From NCBI GenBank assembly GCA_943358395.1, contig CALRGY010000001.1, forward strand, positions 8,008 through 72,007: a stretch of 64,000 bases of DNA, in the 5' to 3' direction. The notes beneath the pieces were generated by a model that searched no databases, had not been told where the DNA came from, and was given only the letters and a program-made list of their open reading frames with translations. This document shows positions 9,894-20,593 of this stretch, in pieces. A program made the translations under genes and the position numbers. Each line of letters begins with the position of its first letter. The first letter of the stretch is position 1. Source of the stretch: Candidatus Uhrbacteria bacterium (GTDB taxonomy: Bacteria; Patescibacteriota; Patescibacteriia; UBA9934).

Positions 9894-11387
9894 ATGACCA
9901 ATGAAGAAGTGGTACGGCGAGAACGATTAACGGCGATCGAGGCACGCGGCATTGATGCGTACCCTGCGGGAAGCACACGCACCGCAATGATCGCTGAAGT
10001 GCTTACAGCGTTCGATCAGCATCTTTCCGCAAGCGACACATGCACGATTGCCGGAAGAATTACGGCGATGCGCCATATTGGTGCCCTTTCTTTTGTGCGT
10101 ATTTTGGACGGCTCTGCACATATGCAGGCCGTTTTGCGTAAAGAAGACCTTGGTGAACAATATACATTTTGCGTGGATCATCTCGACGTCGGTGATATTG
10201 TTGAAGTGACAGGAATTGCGTACCTCACAAAAACTCAAGAGAAGTCGATTCTTGCTCAATCGGTTATTGTCGCCGCAAAAGCACTACAGCCGTTGCCGGA
10301 AAAGTGGCACGGACTTCAGGACGTAGAGATTCGCTATCGTCATCGAGAGCTTGACCTTATTACCAATCCAGAAGTGCGTGATCGTTTCGTGATGCGTTCA
10401 AAGTTCATTGCCGCAATGCGCCGGTTCCTTGACGATTCTGGCTACTTAGAAGTGGAAACGCCTATCCTTCAAGCTATTCCTGGCGGAGCAAGTGCGCGAC
10501 CGTTCATTACCCACCACAATGCACTCGATGCACAATTTTATTTACGGATTGCTACAGAACTCTATTTGAAACGTTTAGTCGTTGGTGGCATGGAAAAGGT
10601 GTACGAAATCGGGCGATGCTTCCGCAATGAAGGCATCGATTACTCCCACAATCCTGAATTCACGATGCTGGAGCTTTATTGCGCATACGCTAAAAAAGAA
10701 GAATTTATTACATTCAACGAAGAGATTCTCCGCAAGTCACTGCATGGAGCAACGGGATCGATGATTGTAACGATCGATGGAGTTGCTGTGGATTTTGCAC
10801 AGGCCTTTCCACGAATGACGTTCCGTGAATCTATTCTTCGTGCGTGCGACATCGACATCGACACATTGCACACCGAAGATGATGTGATGCGTGCTGCAAA
10901 AGATCGTGGGCTTTCCGTCGATTGTACTGGATGTCTTGGGTTCGGCGAATTCCTCGACGCGCTCTATAAAAAAACCGGTCGTGCTGCCATTACTACGCCA
11001 ACATGGATTTTCGACTATCCCGTTGAACTCAAGCCCCTTGCACGCCAGAATCCAGAAGATGCGTCAAAGAGCGCATGCGCACAGCTTGTTATTCTTGGTG
11101 CAGAAATCGTGAATCTCTATTATCACGAGCTGAATAATCCTATTGATCAGCGTGCGCGATTCGAGGTACAGGAATCGCTCCGTGAACAGGGAAGTGAAGA
11201 GGCGCAATTCATGGATGAAGACTTTTTGGCTGCGCTCGAGCACGGCATGCCACCAACCAGCGGAGTAGGGATCGGCATTGATCGCCTCATTGCGATTCTC
11301 ACTGGTGCGCCGAATTTGAAAGAGGTGATTGCGTTCCCTACGCTCAAGCCAAAAAACGAGCATGGCGGCGCTACCGATCAATCGTGA
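9894..11387 (+). CDS. lysS: Lysyl-tRNA synthetase class II
   Basis: PLPEKWHGL, FRNEGID..HNPEF, GMPPTSGVGIGIDRL. Confidence 0.97.
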   Translation: MTNEEVVRRERLTAIEARGIDAYPAGSTRTAMIAEVLTAFDQHLSASDTCTIAGRITAMRHIGALSFVRILDGSAHMQAVLRKEDLGEQYTFCVDHLDVGDIVEVTGIAYLTKTQEKSILAQSVIVAAKALQPLPEKWHGLQDVEIRYRHRELDLITNPEVRDRFVMRSKFIAAMRRFLDDSGYLEVETPILQAIPGGASARPFITHHNALDAQFYLRIATELYLKRLVVGGMEKVYEIGRCFRNEGIDYSHNPEFTMLELYCAYAKKEEFITFNEEILRKSLHGATGSMIVTIDGVAVDFAQAFPRMTFRESILRACDIDIDTLHTEDDVMRAAKDRGLSVDCTGCLGFGEFLDALYKKTGRAAITTPTWIFDYPVELKPLARQNPEDASKSACAQLVILGAEIVNLYYHELNNPIDQRARFEVQESLREQGSEEAQFMDEDFLAALEHGMPPTSGVGIGIDRLIAILTGAPNLKEVIAFPTLKPKNEHGGATDQS

Positions 11388-11395
11388 ATATAAAT

Positions 11396-11806
11396 ATGAC
11401 CACCGGTTTACTTTTTGGCACATTTGATGGTCTTCACGAAGGGCATATCGCTATGCTTACCGAGGCTCGAACACATGCACCGCGAATCATCATCGCCTTA
11501 CCAAAAGACACAAACGTTCTTGCCGCAAAAGGCCACCTTCCAATGTTTTCATGGAACGAACGTGCATCGGGATTACAGGAATCGGGACTCGTGCACGATA
11601 TTTACGCCGGCGATGACGTGCTCGGCGAGTATCATATCCTCGACCAGGTGAAGCCTGATGTCATCCTGCTCGGATACGATCAAACCGAGCTTTCTCTCAG
11701 CCTAAAGCAATACTTCGTTCTGCATCCAGAATCCACACTTCCGATGATTACTCTCGCCCCCCATCAGCCCGATCGCTATAAATCATCACTTTTAAACCCC
11801 GTATGA
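11396..11806 (+). CDS. Cytidylyltransferase-family protein (FAD synthase/TagD-like)
   Basis: FGTFDGLHEGH (HxGH), KPDVILLGYDQ. Confidence 0.85.
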   Translation: MTTGLLFGTFDGLHEGHIAMLTEARTHAPRIIIALPKDTNVLAAKGHLPMFSWNERASGLQESGLVHDIYAGDDVLGEYHILDQVKPDVILLGYDQTELSLSLKQYFVLHPESTLPMITLAPHQPDRYKSSLLNPV

Positions 11807-13065
11807 TCGACATCAAACTCCTCCGCGAACACCCTGAAGTCATCCGCAATGCCGCAAAGGCAAAAGGCGTCACCATCGACACCGATCGCATTCTCGAATT
11901 AGATCGCGGTGCGCGATTACTTCTTAGAGAAATCGAATCAACAAAGGCAAAGAAGAATGCGGCATCGGATGCTATCGCGAAGGCGAATCCAGAGGAACGA
12001 AAGGCGCTCATCGAGGCAATGCGTGCCGTGGACCAAGAATCTCAAGGGAAAGATGCGGAATACGCCGTAATTGATTCTGAGCTGCAAAGCCTGCTGCTTC
12101 GTATCCCTAATCCAGCACTTGCCGATGTCATCATCGGCGCATCGGATGAAGAAAACACTGTTCTTCGTACGGTTGGCGAGCCACCAAAGTTTGATTTCGA
12201 GCCTAAAGATCATCAAACACTCGGCGAGAACCTCGGTATTATCGACATGAAGCGTGCCGCAAAAGTGAGTGGCGCGCGGTTTGTCTATTACGTTGGCGAC
12301 GGGGCATTGCTTGAGCTGGCATTAGTCGATTTTGGCCTTCGCTTAGCCATGAAGCACGGTTTTATTCCCGTCACCGTTCCGCACCTCATTAACTCACGAT
12401 CGATGGCTGCCATGGGCTACCTTGAACATGGTGGACAGGATGAAATTTATTATCTTCAAAAAGACGATCTTTATCTCATCGGCACGTCAGAACAAGCTAT
12501 CGGTCCCATGCACATGGACGAAATTCTCGACGTTGCGAAGCTTCCACTTCGATATGTCGGTGTATCACCATGCTACCGCCGGGAATCGGGGAGCGCAGGA
12601 AAAGATACGAAGGGTGTGATTCGCGTTCACCAATTTACCAAGGTGGAAATGTTCGGCTTCTGTAAGGCGGAAGATTCTGTTGCAGAGCACGAAGCAATTC
12701 TGGCTATCGAAGAAGAGCTCCTCAAAGCCCTGGGTTTGCCCTATCACGTTCTCAATATTTGTACCGGTGACCTTGGTCTTCCTGCGGCAAAAAAGTGGGA
12801 CACCGAAGTATGGTTCCCGGCGCAGAATCGTTATCGAGAAGTCACGTCGACAAGCAACTGTACTGACTTCCAGGGTCGTCGCCTGAATACCCGATACCGA
12901 ACAGGGGAGGGAACTGAGGTGATTCACACCGTGAATGGCACCGCATTCTCTGGAAGACCAATCGCGGCGATTCTTGAAAACTTCCAAAATGCCGACGGCA
13001 GCGTAACCATTCCCGAAGTTCTTCGGCCATTCATGGGCGGAAAGGAACGCATTATTGCTGCGTAA
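11803..13065 (+). CDS. serS: Seryl-tRNA synthetase
   Basis: LYLIGTSE, CYRRESG, RVHQFTKVE, SNCTDFQGRRL. Confidence 0.97.
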   Translation: MIDIKLLREHPEVIRNAAKAKGVTIDTDRILELDRGARLLLREIESTKAKKNAASDAIAKANPEERKALIEAMRAVDQESQGKDAEYAVIDSELQSLLLRIPNPALADVIIGASDEENTVLRTVGEPPKFDFEPKDHQTLGENLGIIDMKRAAKVSGARFVYYVGDGALLELALVDFGLRLAMKHGFIPVTVPHLINSRSMAAMGYLEHGGQDEIYYLQKDDLYLIGTSEQAIGPMHMDEILDVAKLPLRYVGVSPCYRRESGSAGKDTKGVIRVHQFTKVEMFGFCKAEDSVAEHEAILAIEEELLKALGLPYHVLNICTGDLGLPAAKKWDTEVWFPAQNRYREVTSTSNCTDFQGRRLNTRYRTGEGTEVIHTVNGTAFSGRPIAAILENFQNADGSVTIPEVLRPFMGGKERIIAA

Positions 13066-13067
13066 AT

Positions 13068-14213
13068 ATGGCAGTACATGGGGCAAAAACATGGGTAGAA
13101 GTTTCGCGAAGCGCCATGGCGCAGAATATCGCGGCATTGCGAACATTCTTAAAACCGGAATCCGTGTTTTGCGCCGTTGTGAAGGCGAATGCCTATGGAT
13201 GCGGTGTACGCGAGGCATCAGGTATCGCCTCAGATTGCACCGTCGACACGTTTGCCGTTGATAGCATCGACGAGGCAGTCGTCCTTCGCGAAATATTGCC
13301 ACATGCAACGATCTTTATTTTGGGATATACCGTTCCCGAGAGACTATGCGATGTTGTGAGTATCGATGCCATTCAAACCGTATACGACACAGAAACCATT
13401 CTTGAAATCACGAAACACGCGCATCGGTTCAATAGGCCGGCGCGTGTTTCGTTGAAAGTTGAAACCGGTTTGCATCGGCAAGGCGCAACAGCGCGAGGGC
13501 TCACCGCAATGCTTGATGCGATTCGCGCCGCAGGGCAATCGGTTGTTGTTGAAGGAGTTGGCTCTCATTTTGCAAGTGCAGAGGAACCAACTGATCCTAT
13601 GAATACGTTTCAATTGGAGCATTTCGCTCACGCCATACACACGGTTCGCGCCGCAGGGCATACACCACGCTATGAACACATTGCCTGCTCTGCTGCAGGA
13701 ATTGCACACAGTGCCGCACAAGGAACGATGACCAGGTTTGGCATTGCGCTTTATGGGTTATGGTCGAGCAAGAATTTGAAACGTCATGTGATGCTTGGTC
13801 GTCAAAACATTGAATTGCATCCAGTGCTCAGCTGGAAAACACGTATCGCGCAAATCAAAGACATTCCAGCCGGTGCTGCAATTGGATACGGGGGAACGCA
13901 TGTAACCAATCGACCGATCCGCATCGCGGTGCTTCCGGTAGGGTATTATGATGGATACGATCGTGGGCTTTCAGGAAAAGGTGAAGTGCTCATTCGTGGG
14001 AAAAAGTGCGCAGTGCTTGGAAGGGTGTGTATGAATATGATTATGGTAGACGTTTCTGGAGTGCCTGCGCTTTCAGTGAATGACTGCGCAACACTCATCG
14101 GAAAAGACGGCATGCACACCGTTACGGCAGACGACATCGCCACCATACTCGGCACCATCAATTACGAGGTTGTTTCCCGCATCAATCCATTGTTGCCACG
14201 AGTGATATGCTAA
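13068..14213 (+). CDS. alr: Alanine racemase
   Basis: AVVKANAYG PLP-lysine motif, PVGYYDG, GRVCMN, GTINYE. Confidence 0.95.
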   Translation: MAVHGAKTWVEVSRSAMAQNIAALRTFLKPESVFCAVVKANAYGCGVREASGIASDCTVDTFAVDSIDEAVVLREILPHATIFILGYTVPERLCDVVSIDAIQTVYDTETILEITKHAHRFNRPARVSLKVETGLHRQGATARGLTAMLDAIRAAGQSVVVEGVGSHFASAEEPTDPMNTFQLEHFAHAIHTVRAAGHTPRYEHIACSAAGIAHSAAQGTMTRFGIALYGLWSSKNLKRHVMLGRQNIELHPVLSWKTRIAQIKDIPAGAAIGYGGTHVTNRPIRIAVLPVGYYDGYDRGLSGKGEVLIRGKKCAVLGRVCMNMIMVDVSGVPALSVNDCATLIGKDGMHTVTADDIATILGTINYEVVSRINPLLPRVIC

Positions 14214-15088
14214 AAAAACAACGTGATTTTCTTCGGCTATGGCATGCGAAAGAGCACGGAAACGGCATTCGAAAAAACCCCTTCTTTTTTAGAGCACCTC
14301 CTAAAAAGTGGCTTATCATCACCGGTATCGTTCTTGGTATAGTAGGGATCATCGGCGGCTGTATTGGCACAACCTATCTTTCATATTTTCGCATAACAGG
14401 AATAACCGTACAGGGCGCAACCATCACCCGCGCTGAAGATATTCAACAGAACGCATGGGAAACGATCACCACTCACTCGTACCCCTTTATTGCAAAAGAA
14501 AACGTCTTTCTCATCCGTGTCCAACGTATCGAACAGGAGCTCATGAAACGTTTTGCTCTTGAATCAGCGGTAGTGAGCCGTTCCGGGCGCACGTTGAATA
14601 TTGCTCTGGTTGAAAAAGTAACCACTCTTGCTCTTCGCACACAAGAAAAAACCGTGTTCCTTGATCTCTCCGGAACATATATTCGAGATGCTACTGCAGA
14701 AGAATCCCGAGCAATTGATGTTCGCATCGGCACAGCCGTTCCCACAGAAGGGGAAGTGATCGCACCATTACATGCCGAAATGCCAATCATTCTTGATACG
14801 CAAACAGATCCAGCCACATCGCTCCCCATACAAAGCGTCGAACACATTCTTGCGCTCACATCATCACTGCATAATCAGGGAATAACCGTAAAGACATATA
14901 CGCTAAACGGAGTGCATGCTCCTTTTGTTCGCCTTGATACCAATCAGCCGTACAGTCTCTTCTTTGACCTCAACCGCCCCGTCAATGAACAGATCAGCGC
15001 ACTGACCACCATCACTTCCTCACCATCCTTCATTCCTCCCGCAGAATACATCGATCTCCGCTTTGGAGCGTATGTGTATATGAAATAG
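14207..15088 (+). CDS. ftsQ: FtsQ/DivIB-like cell division protein
   Basis: Single TM, POTRA-like ITVQG, C-terminal EYIDLRFG. Confidence 0.75.
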   Translation: MLKKQRDFLRLWHAKEHGNGIRKNPFFFRAPPKKWLIITGIVLGIVGIIGGCIGTTYLSYFRITGITVQGATITRAEDIQQNAWETITTHSYPFIAKENVFLIRVQRIEQELMKRFALESAVVSRSGRTLNIALVEKVTTLALRTQEKTVFLDLSGTYIRDATAEESRAIDVRIGTAVPTEGEVIAPLHAEMPIILDTQTDPATSLPIQSVEHILALTSSLHNQGITVKTYTLNGVHAPFVRLDTNQPYSLFFDLNRPVNEQISALTTITSSPSFIPPAEYIDLRFGAYVYMK

Positions 15089-15210
15089 GACTTCCTCATT
15101 TTGTCTATTTTCGACTCAGATCATCGGAAAATCGTTCAACGTACCATAAAGTACGTCTCACGAATTTTCCTCGATCTTCATCGAAACTAGCCTAAAATGA
15201 GAAAGTCCTA
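15086..15210 (-). mobile_element. HP125 copy 2 (reverse); first TAG is the ftsQ stop
   Basis: TAGGACTTCC...TTCAACGTAC-cataaa-GTACGTCTC...AAAGTCCTA, 125 bp. Confidence 0.85.
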
Positions 15211-15220
15211 CAAAATAAGT

Positions 15221-16150
15221 ATGATCATCCTCTCCGCAGGAAAAGCGTTTAATGACATCGATGCGTTTGCATGCGCCCTGGCGTATCGCGAACTTCTCAT
15301 CAAAGAAGGGAAGGAATGCTGCGTTGTTTTTCCTGGTCCACTCAACCATTCTGTTACACCTCTCGCAAAACAACAGGATACGGATTTCATCATTGATTAT
15401 GAACTGAAAACCGATGATCGTATCGTATACGTCGATCTTTCTGATCCAGAACACTTTGCGTTCGGGAAAGAAAATGAATCACGGATCGATGAGCTCTACG
15501 ATCATCACTACGGATTCGAGGAATACTGGCGCGATCGACTTGGCGACCGATCACATATTGAACGGCTTGGTGCAGCGGCAACATTAATTTGGGAAGAATA
15601 TATAAAACGGGGTTTCGCTGATTCGATTTCAGCAGAATCCGCAAATCTTCTTTCAATCGCGATTCTTCAGAACACCCTCAACTTTACCTCAACCGAAACG
15701 CACAATCGCGATCGAACCGCGTACTCCGAGCTCGCAAACCATCGATCGATGGCTGATGGATGGGAGACGCAGTATTTCCGAGAATGTGCGGAGGGGATGG
15801 AAGAAAGCTTCGATGACGCACTCCGAAACGATACAAAAAAGATCGAACATCTCTTTGATGGCGCACTTCTCGTCTTTTCGCAGCTCGAGATCACCGAAGA
15901 TCCAAAGGATTTTCTTGAGAAATACTCGAAAAATATCCTTGCGTATTGGTCCGAATTCCCGCGGGAACACTGTATACTTAATATCGCCGATATATCATCA
16001 AAGACATCGCTGATATTCTCCAATGATGATCAATGGCTTACAGAAACCATTATTCCGCTTTTCTCGTCGATGATTGAAAAAGGCGCGGGATGGATCAGGA
16101 TACCAATTCACCAAAGAAAGCAGATTCTCAAACTCATTCAACAACGATAA
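15221..16150 (+). CDS. DHH-family phosphoesterase (PpaC-like)
   Basis: DIDAFACA, YDHH, GAAATLIWEE; start trimmed to ATG after HP125. Confidence 0.8.
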   Translation: MIILSAGKAFNDIDAFACALAYRELLIKEGKECCVVFPGPLNHSVTPLAKQQDTDFIIDYELKTDDRIVYVDLSDPEHFAFGKENESRIDELYDHHYGFEEYWRDRLGDRSHIERLGAAATLIWEEYIKRGFADSISAESANLLSIAILQNTLNFTSTETHNRDRTAYSELANHRSMADGWETQYFRECAEGMEESFDDALRNDTKKIEHLFDGALLVFSQLEITEDPKDFLEKYSKNILAYWSEFPREHCILNIADISSKTSLIFSNDDQWLTETIIPLFSSMIEKGAGWIRIPIHQRKQILKLIQQR

Positions 16151-16160
16151 TCATCTATAT

Positions 16161-16628
16161 ATGAAAGCAGCTCATTTCACATTGAACGATCAGGTGGGGA
16201 AGGTGCATGAACTGAAGAGTTATGAGGGGAAGTGGGTGATTCTGTACTTTTATCCGAAGGACATGACCCCGGGGTGTACGCAGGAGGCGTGTGATTTTCG
16301 GGATAATATCAATCGTTTAGCATCTGCGAACGTTGTAGTGTTTGGCATTTCGGCAGATGATGAGAAGCGACATGCGAAATTTGCACAAAAAGAATCGTTA
16401 ACGTTTCCATTGCTTGCTGATACCGATCATGCGGTATGTACAGCGTATGGCGTGTGGCAGAAAAAGAAATTCATGGGGCGTGAATACGACGGCATTGTTC
16501 GCACGACGCTCATCATCGATCCAGAAGGGAACATAGCGAAGCGATATGACGAAGTGAAGGTCGGCGGGCACGTCGAAGAGGTACTGAAGGATCTTACAGA
16601 GCTTCAGAAAGGCATTCACCAATCATAA
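16161..16628 (+). CDS. bcp: Peroxiredoxin BCP/PrxQ
   Basis: LYFYPKDMTPGCTQEACDFRD. Confidence 0.95.
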   Translation: MKAAHFTLNDQVGKVHELKSYEGKWVILYFYPKDMTPGCTQEACDFRDNINRLASANVVVFGISADDEKRHAKFAQKESLTFPLLADTDHAVCTAYGVWQKKKFMGREYDGIVRTTLIIDPEGNIAKRYDEVKVGGHVEEVLKDLTELQKGIHQS

Positions 16629-16703
16629 AACTGGTCACAAACGAGAAACGTTCTAATAACAAATCCAATAACGCATCCTCGAGCAGAATCGATTGTGAGC
16701 GGA

Positions 16704-16737
16704 GAAGGGCACAGAGCTTTCGCACTCTGTGCTTTTT
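16704..16737 (+). terminator. Intrinsic terminator after bcp
   Basis: GAAGGGCACAGAG-loop-CTCTGTGCTTTTT. Confidence 0.7.
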
Positions 16738-17069
16738 GCTTTGCAGTCATCAATGATGAGTGTATTCTGGGGTGTCGTACAATATATCATTTACGAACCT
16801 TAACTACTTTTTCCTACAATACCTCATCACTATCACAATCAAATACCTCATCATAAACCCCCATACAAGTGAATCTTTGCACTTTAATGAGTGCACTCAT
16901 CATCGGAACCTCCTCAGCGATCTTCGGCTATCCTCGATAATCTTCAACTGAACGATATGCAATGCGCCGAATGAACTGCTAAAGCCCTTTATTCTCCGAG
17001 CCATTTAAACGCCCCAGGTTAAAATAGACCTAGTCTAGTGGCTCTAAAACTCAACAGAATGAAGAGAAG

Positions 17070-18281
17070 TTATTCCGTGGGCAAATACGGTAGCGGATTT
17101 ACTGGTATACCATTCAGGCGTACTTCAAAGTGGGTATGCGGCCCTGTTGAAAAACCAGCTCCCACGGTACCTGGCCTTCCGCCTGAGAGCCCTATAACTT
17201 GGCCACGGGAAACGTATTGGTCTTGTTCGACGTCAATGCGAGACATGTGAGCATACAATGTTGCAAAACCATTCGCATGAATCAGTAAAACATAATAGCC
17301 ATACTGTTGACCCTTGTAGACTCGTCCAACATATCCAGGAGCCGCTGCTTCAATTGCAGTACCTTGAGGAACGGCGATATCTAAACCGGGATGTTCAAAG
17401 AGATTACGGAAAGGATACGAAGGGTCGTGAAATAATGCGGTGATAACCCCGTGTACTGGCCAAGAAATAACCGTGTCGCCAACTTGGTCGCCATCTCGGG
17501 CCCTTAGCTTATCTTGCAGTGTGTCCTGCAGCCCGGAAACCTCGCTCGTAATTGATTGCTGCTCCGTACGAAGCTCACTCATGAGCGTTCGATATTGATT
17601 CTCCGACTCTTCCGTGGCGTTCACAAGTACGAGCTTTGCATTCTTCCGCATGTCCAAATCATTTGCCTTCTTTTGGAGAATCTTCGCTGTATCCCCCAAA
17701 TCTACCACCTTTTCTTCATGAAGTGCTTTATGCGCATACAAGGTATCTTTCGTCATTTTTGTCGCTTCCAGAGCAGATTTCATGTCGTCATTCACCCGTG
17801 TTAATTGTGCTGTGGCATCAAAAACATCGAACATGTTTTCCGCGTTAGCAACAAAGCTCAACACCCCCTGATTATCGTTCCGCTGTAACGCAACAAGAAG
17901 ATCGGCAAGCATGGCACGACGACGAGCAAGTTCATCTTCCGTTGTTTGAATACGGCTATCAAGAATACGGAGCTCTAGCGTTTCTTCATCCATGGCATTC
18001 TGTGTTGCAGCAAGGTCTAAAGTGGCAAGCGCAGTTTCGTTCTCTAAAAGAGCAACGTCGTTCTGCAAGGAAGCCCCCTTCCCTGCCAAGGCACGAATCT
18101 TTTCACGATACGCATCAAGTTGCGCATTCAACGTTGCGATCGATGCTTTTTTCTCTGCAATAGATTGCTGCAGCTGTGCAACATCAGTATTCGCCGCGAA
18201 GACAGATGCAGGAACGCAAAACGCAAAGAAAGTGAAGATAAAAACTCCAGTAACGATGATGCGCACCCCCCTTCTCTCCAT
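17070..18281 (-). CDS. M23 peptidase with coiled coil (EnvC-like architecture)
   Basis: Signal peptide, coiled coil, HPGLD, TLYAH, GPHTHFEVR. Confidence 0.9.
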   Translation of the reverse strand: MERRGVRIIVTGVFIFTFFAFCVPASVFAANTDVAQLQQSIAEKKASIATLNAQLDAYREKIRALAGKGASLQNDVALLENETALATLDLAATQNAMDEETLELRILDSRIQTTEDELARRRAMLADLLVALQRNDNQGVLSFVANAENMFDVFDATAQLTRVNDDMKSALEATKMTKDTLYAHKALHEEKVVDLGDTAKILQKKANDLDMRKNAKLVLVNATEESENQYRTLMSELRTEQQSITSEVSGLQDTLQDKLRARDGDQVGDTVISWPVHGVITALFHDPSYPFRNLFEHPGLDIAVPQGTAIEAAAPGYVGRVYKGQQYGYYVLLIHANGFATLYAHMSRIDVEQDQYVSRGQVIGLSGGRPGTVGAGFSTGPHTHFEVRLNGIPVNPLPYLPTE

Positions 18282-18293
18282 ATAACAGACGCG

Positions 18294-19751
18294 TTACTGC
18301 AACACCGCGATAGCATGCTCTATGCGACGAAGCGATTCTTCTTTTCCTAATACCCACAACACTTCAAACGGAGTTGCCGACTTTTCTTGCCCAGAAAGTG
18401 CAACGCGCAGCGGCCACAACGTGTTCCCATTCTGCATGCCTTCACGAGTAATATACTCCTTTATTGCCGCTTCGAGGAGATCAACTGTGCCAAAAATATT
18501 CTCATCGATGTCCGTAAGCAACGTCAGTATTCGCTGAAGATGCGCCGAAGCATCTGCGGCATCCGCCTTTTTCCACACCAAAATCGACGCATCGTACGGC
18601 AACAATGCCAAATATGGCGCAATCGCGACATCAAAGTCCGTTAATCGCGATACTCTTGAGCGCTCCACAAACAACGCCCGTTGCACAAGGATATTAGTAA
18701 GATCCGCCGATACGAATCCTTGTGCTCGTTCTGCCAGCTGCTCAATCGAGAGCGCCATCAAATAATGACGATTCATCCAATCTAACTTTTCCATGTTCAG
18801 AATTGCTCCCGCACTATTCACCTTCGACAAATCAAACTTCTCAATCAACTCTTCGATGGTAAAAATTTCTTGGTCAGCCGATGGGTTGAAGCCAAGAGTT
18901 CCCACAAAGTTTATGAGCGCTTCCTTCAAATACCCATGATTAAAATACTCTTCAACAGCAGTATCACCCGTTCGTTTCGAGAGTTTTTTCTTATCCGATC
19001 CAAGAAGAAGTGGAACGTGCGCAAAGATTGGCGCCTTCCAACCAAACATCTTGCACAACAGTAAAGATTTTGGAGTAGAAGAAATCCATTCCTCGCCACG
19101 CAAAACGTGAGAAATGCTCATGAGCTGATCGTCAACTGTCGCGGCAAGATAGTACGTTGGGAACCCGTCCGATTTCAAAATAATACAGTCATCAACTTCC
19201 GAATTATCAAACGTAATATCGCCGCGAATCGCATCACAAAACGTCGTCGATCCTTCTGGAACCTTGATGCGAATAACGCACCCCTCTCCACCCATCATGC
19301 GTTCCTCGGCTTCGGTCTTCGTGAGACTCAAACATTTACGATCATACTTCGTCGTCTGCTTCAACGCCGTTTGCGCTTTACGCATCTCATCCAATCGCTC
19401 AACCGTACAAAAACACGGATACGCCAAGCCTTTTTCTACCAGTTCCTTGGCATGTTGCTTATAAATATCCAGGCGAGCGGACTGATAGTACGGCCCACAA
19501 GAGCCAACTTCAGTAATTGTGCCGTCCTCTTGAAGAACCGGTCCCTCGTCCGGTGTGATACCGAGAGCCTTAAACATGCGCAGAAGATACTCAATGGCTC
19601 CTGGGACTAAGCGTTCTTGATCTGTATCTTCAATGCGCAACAAAAACTGACCACCACTTTGACGGGCGAGAAAGTAATCAAAAAGTGCCGTTCGGAAATT
19701 CCCAATGTGCACTTTTCCGGTCGGTGACGGTGCTAAACGAGTACGAACCAT
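18294..19751 (-). CDS. gltX: Glutamyl-tRNA synthetase
   Basis: RLAPSPTGKVHIGN, LRIEDTD, KLSKR. Confidence 0.97.
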   Translation of the reverse strand: MVRTRLAPSPTGKVHIGNFRTALFDYFLARQSGGQFLLRIEDTDQERLVPGAIEYLLRMFKALGITPDEGPVLQEDGTITEVGSCGPYYQSARLDIYKQHAKELVEKGLAYPCFCTVERLDEMRKAQTALKQTTKYDRKCLSLTKTEAEERMMGGEGCVIRIKVPEGSTTFCDAIRGDITFDNSEVDDCIILKSDGFPTYYLAATVDDQLMSISHVLRGEEWISSTPKSLLLCKMFGWKAPIFAHVPLLLGSDKKKLSKRTGDTAVEEYFNHGYLKEALINFVGTLGFNPSADQEIFTIEELIEKFDLSKVNSAGAILNMEKLDWMNRHYLMALSIEQLAERAQGFVSADLTNILVQRALFVERSRVSRLTDFDVAIAPYLALLPYDASILVWKKADAADASAHLQRILTLLTDIDENIFGTVDLLEAAIKEYITREGMQNGNTLWPLRVALSGQEKSATPFEVLWVLGKEESLRRIEHAIAVLQ

Positions 19752-19760
19752 AGAGAAAGA

Positions 19761-20591
19761 TTAGGATCGAGAAAGGAAATGAGAGCGTAATTCTTGAAAC
19801 ACACTCACAAGAGCTCGAAGAAAGCGTTGCTTCGCCATTGTATCGCGCGCGACAACGATTGGAAAGATGAACGCCGCGGAAAAAATACGCCGAAAACGCC
19901 ATGGCTCCATGCACAATCGCCATGCCCATTCAAATCCAAAACGTCGGAATATCATCGGGGCACGGCGAATACGCCCAGAAAGCACGTTAAATGCCCCACC
20001 AACACCGATGACGATTCGAGCATTTGGTACAGAGGATGCGATCTGCGATGCAACGAATTCTTGTTTTCCTTGCGATGCCCCACTTCCCTGCCCGAGCGCA
20101 ACGGCAATCACGCAAGGGCCAAACCCGCGCATTCGTTCAATGATTCCCTCTTCAATACAAGGATTCTGGTGAGAAATACTTCCAGGATTGATGGCGATGA
20201 TTTTTATCCCTTGGAATAGTGTCGTAAAATACAGTTGAATTTGCACCAAAATATCATCGGTGCCGCCGAGCAACACCAGTGGCACTTCTCGATCACGGCA
20301 GATTTCTGCCAACATCGGTAATACATCAATTCCCGGATATCGATGAAGATCATGGAGATCGTGCAGAGCTGCCGCGGCAAAACGCAGCGCTACCCCATCT
20401 GGCAGCGAAAGCGCACTCGAATTCAACACCGTTCGAAACTCCGGGCTCGATCGTGCTGCCAGAAGAAATTCCGGATTCGGCGTTACCACTAAGCTTGGCT
20501 CTGATCGATGAAACAAATCCAAAAAACGAGCAGAAAGCTCGTTTGGTGATAGATCGTCAATTCGTACCCCGAGCAGAGAAATCGAGCGCAT
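19761..20591 (-). CDS. WecB/TagA/CpsF glycosyltransferase
   Basis: VVTPNPE, PDG, GVGGAF, EWAWRLCMEPWR. Confidence 0.9.
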   Translation of the reverse strand: MRSISLLGVRIDDLSPNELSARFLDLFHRSEPSLVVTPNPEFLLAARSSPEFRTVLNSSALSLPDGVALRFAAAALHDLHDLHRYPGIDVLPMLAEICRDREVPLVLLGGTDDILVQIQLYFTTLFQGIKIIAINPGSISHQNPCIEEGIIERMRGFGPCVIAVALGQGSGASQGKQEFVASQIASSVPNARIVIGVGGAFNVLSGRIRRAPMIFRRFGFEWAWRLCMEPWRFRRIFSAAFIFPIVVARDTMAKQRFLRALVSVFQELRSHFLSRS

Positions 20592-20593
20592 AC

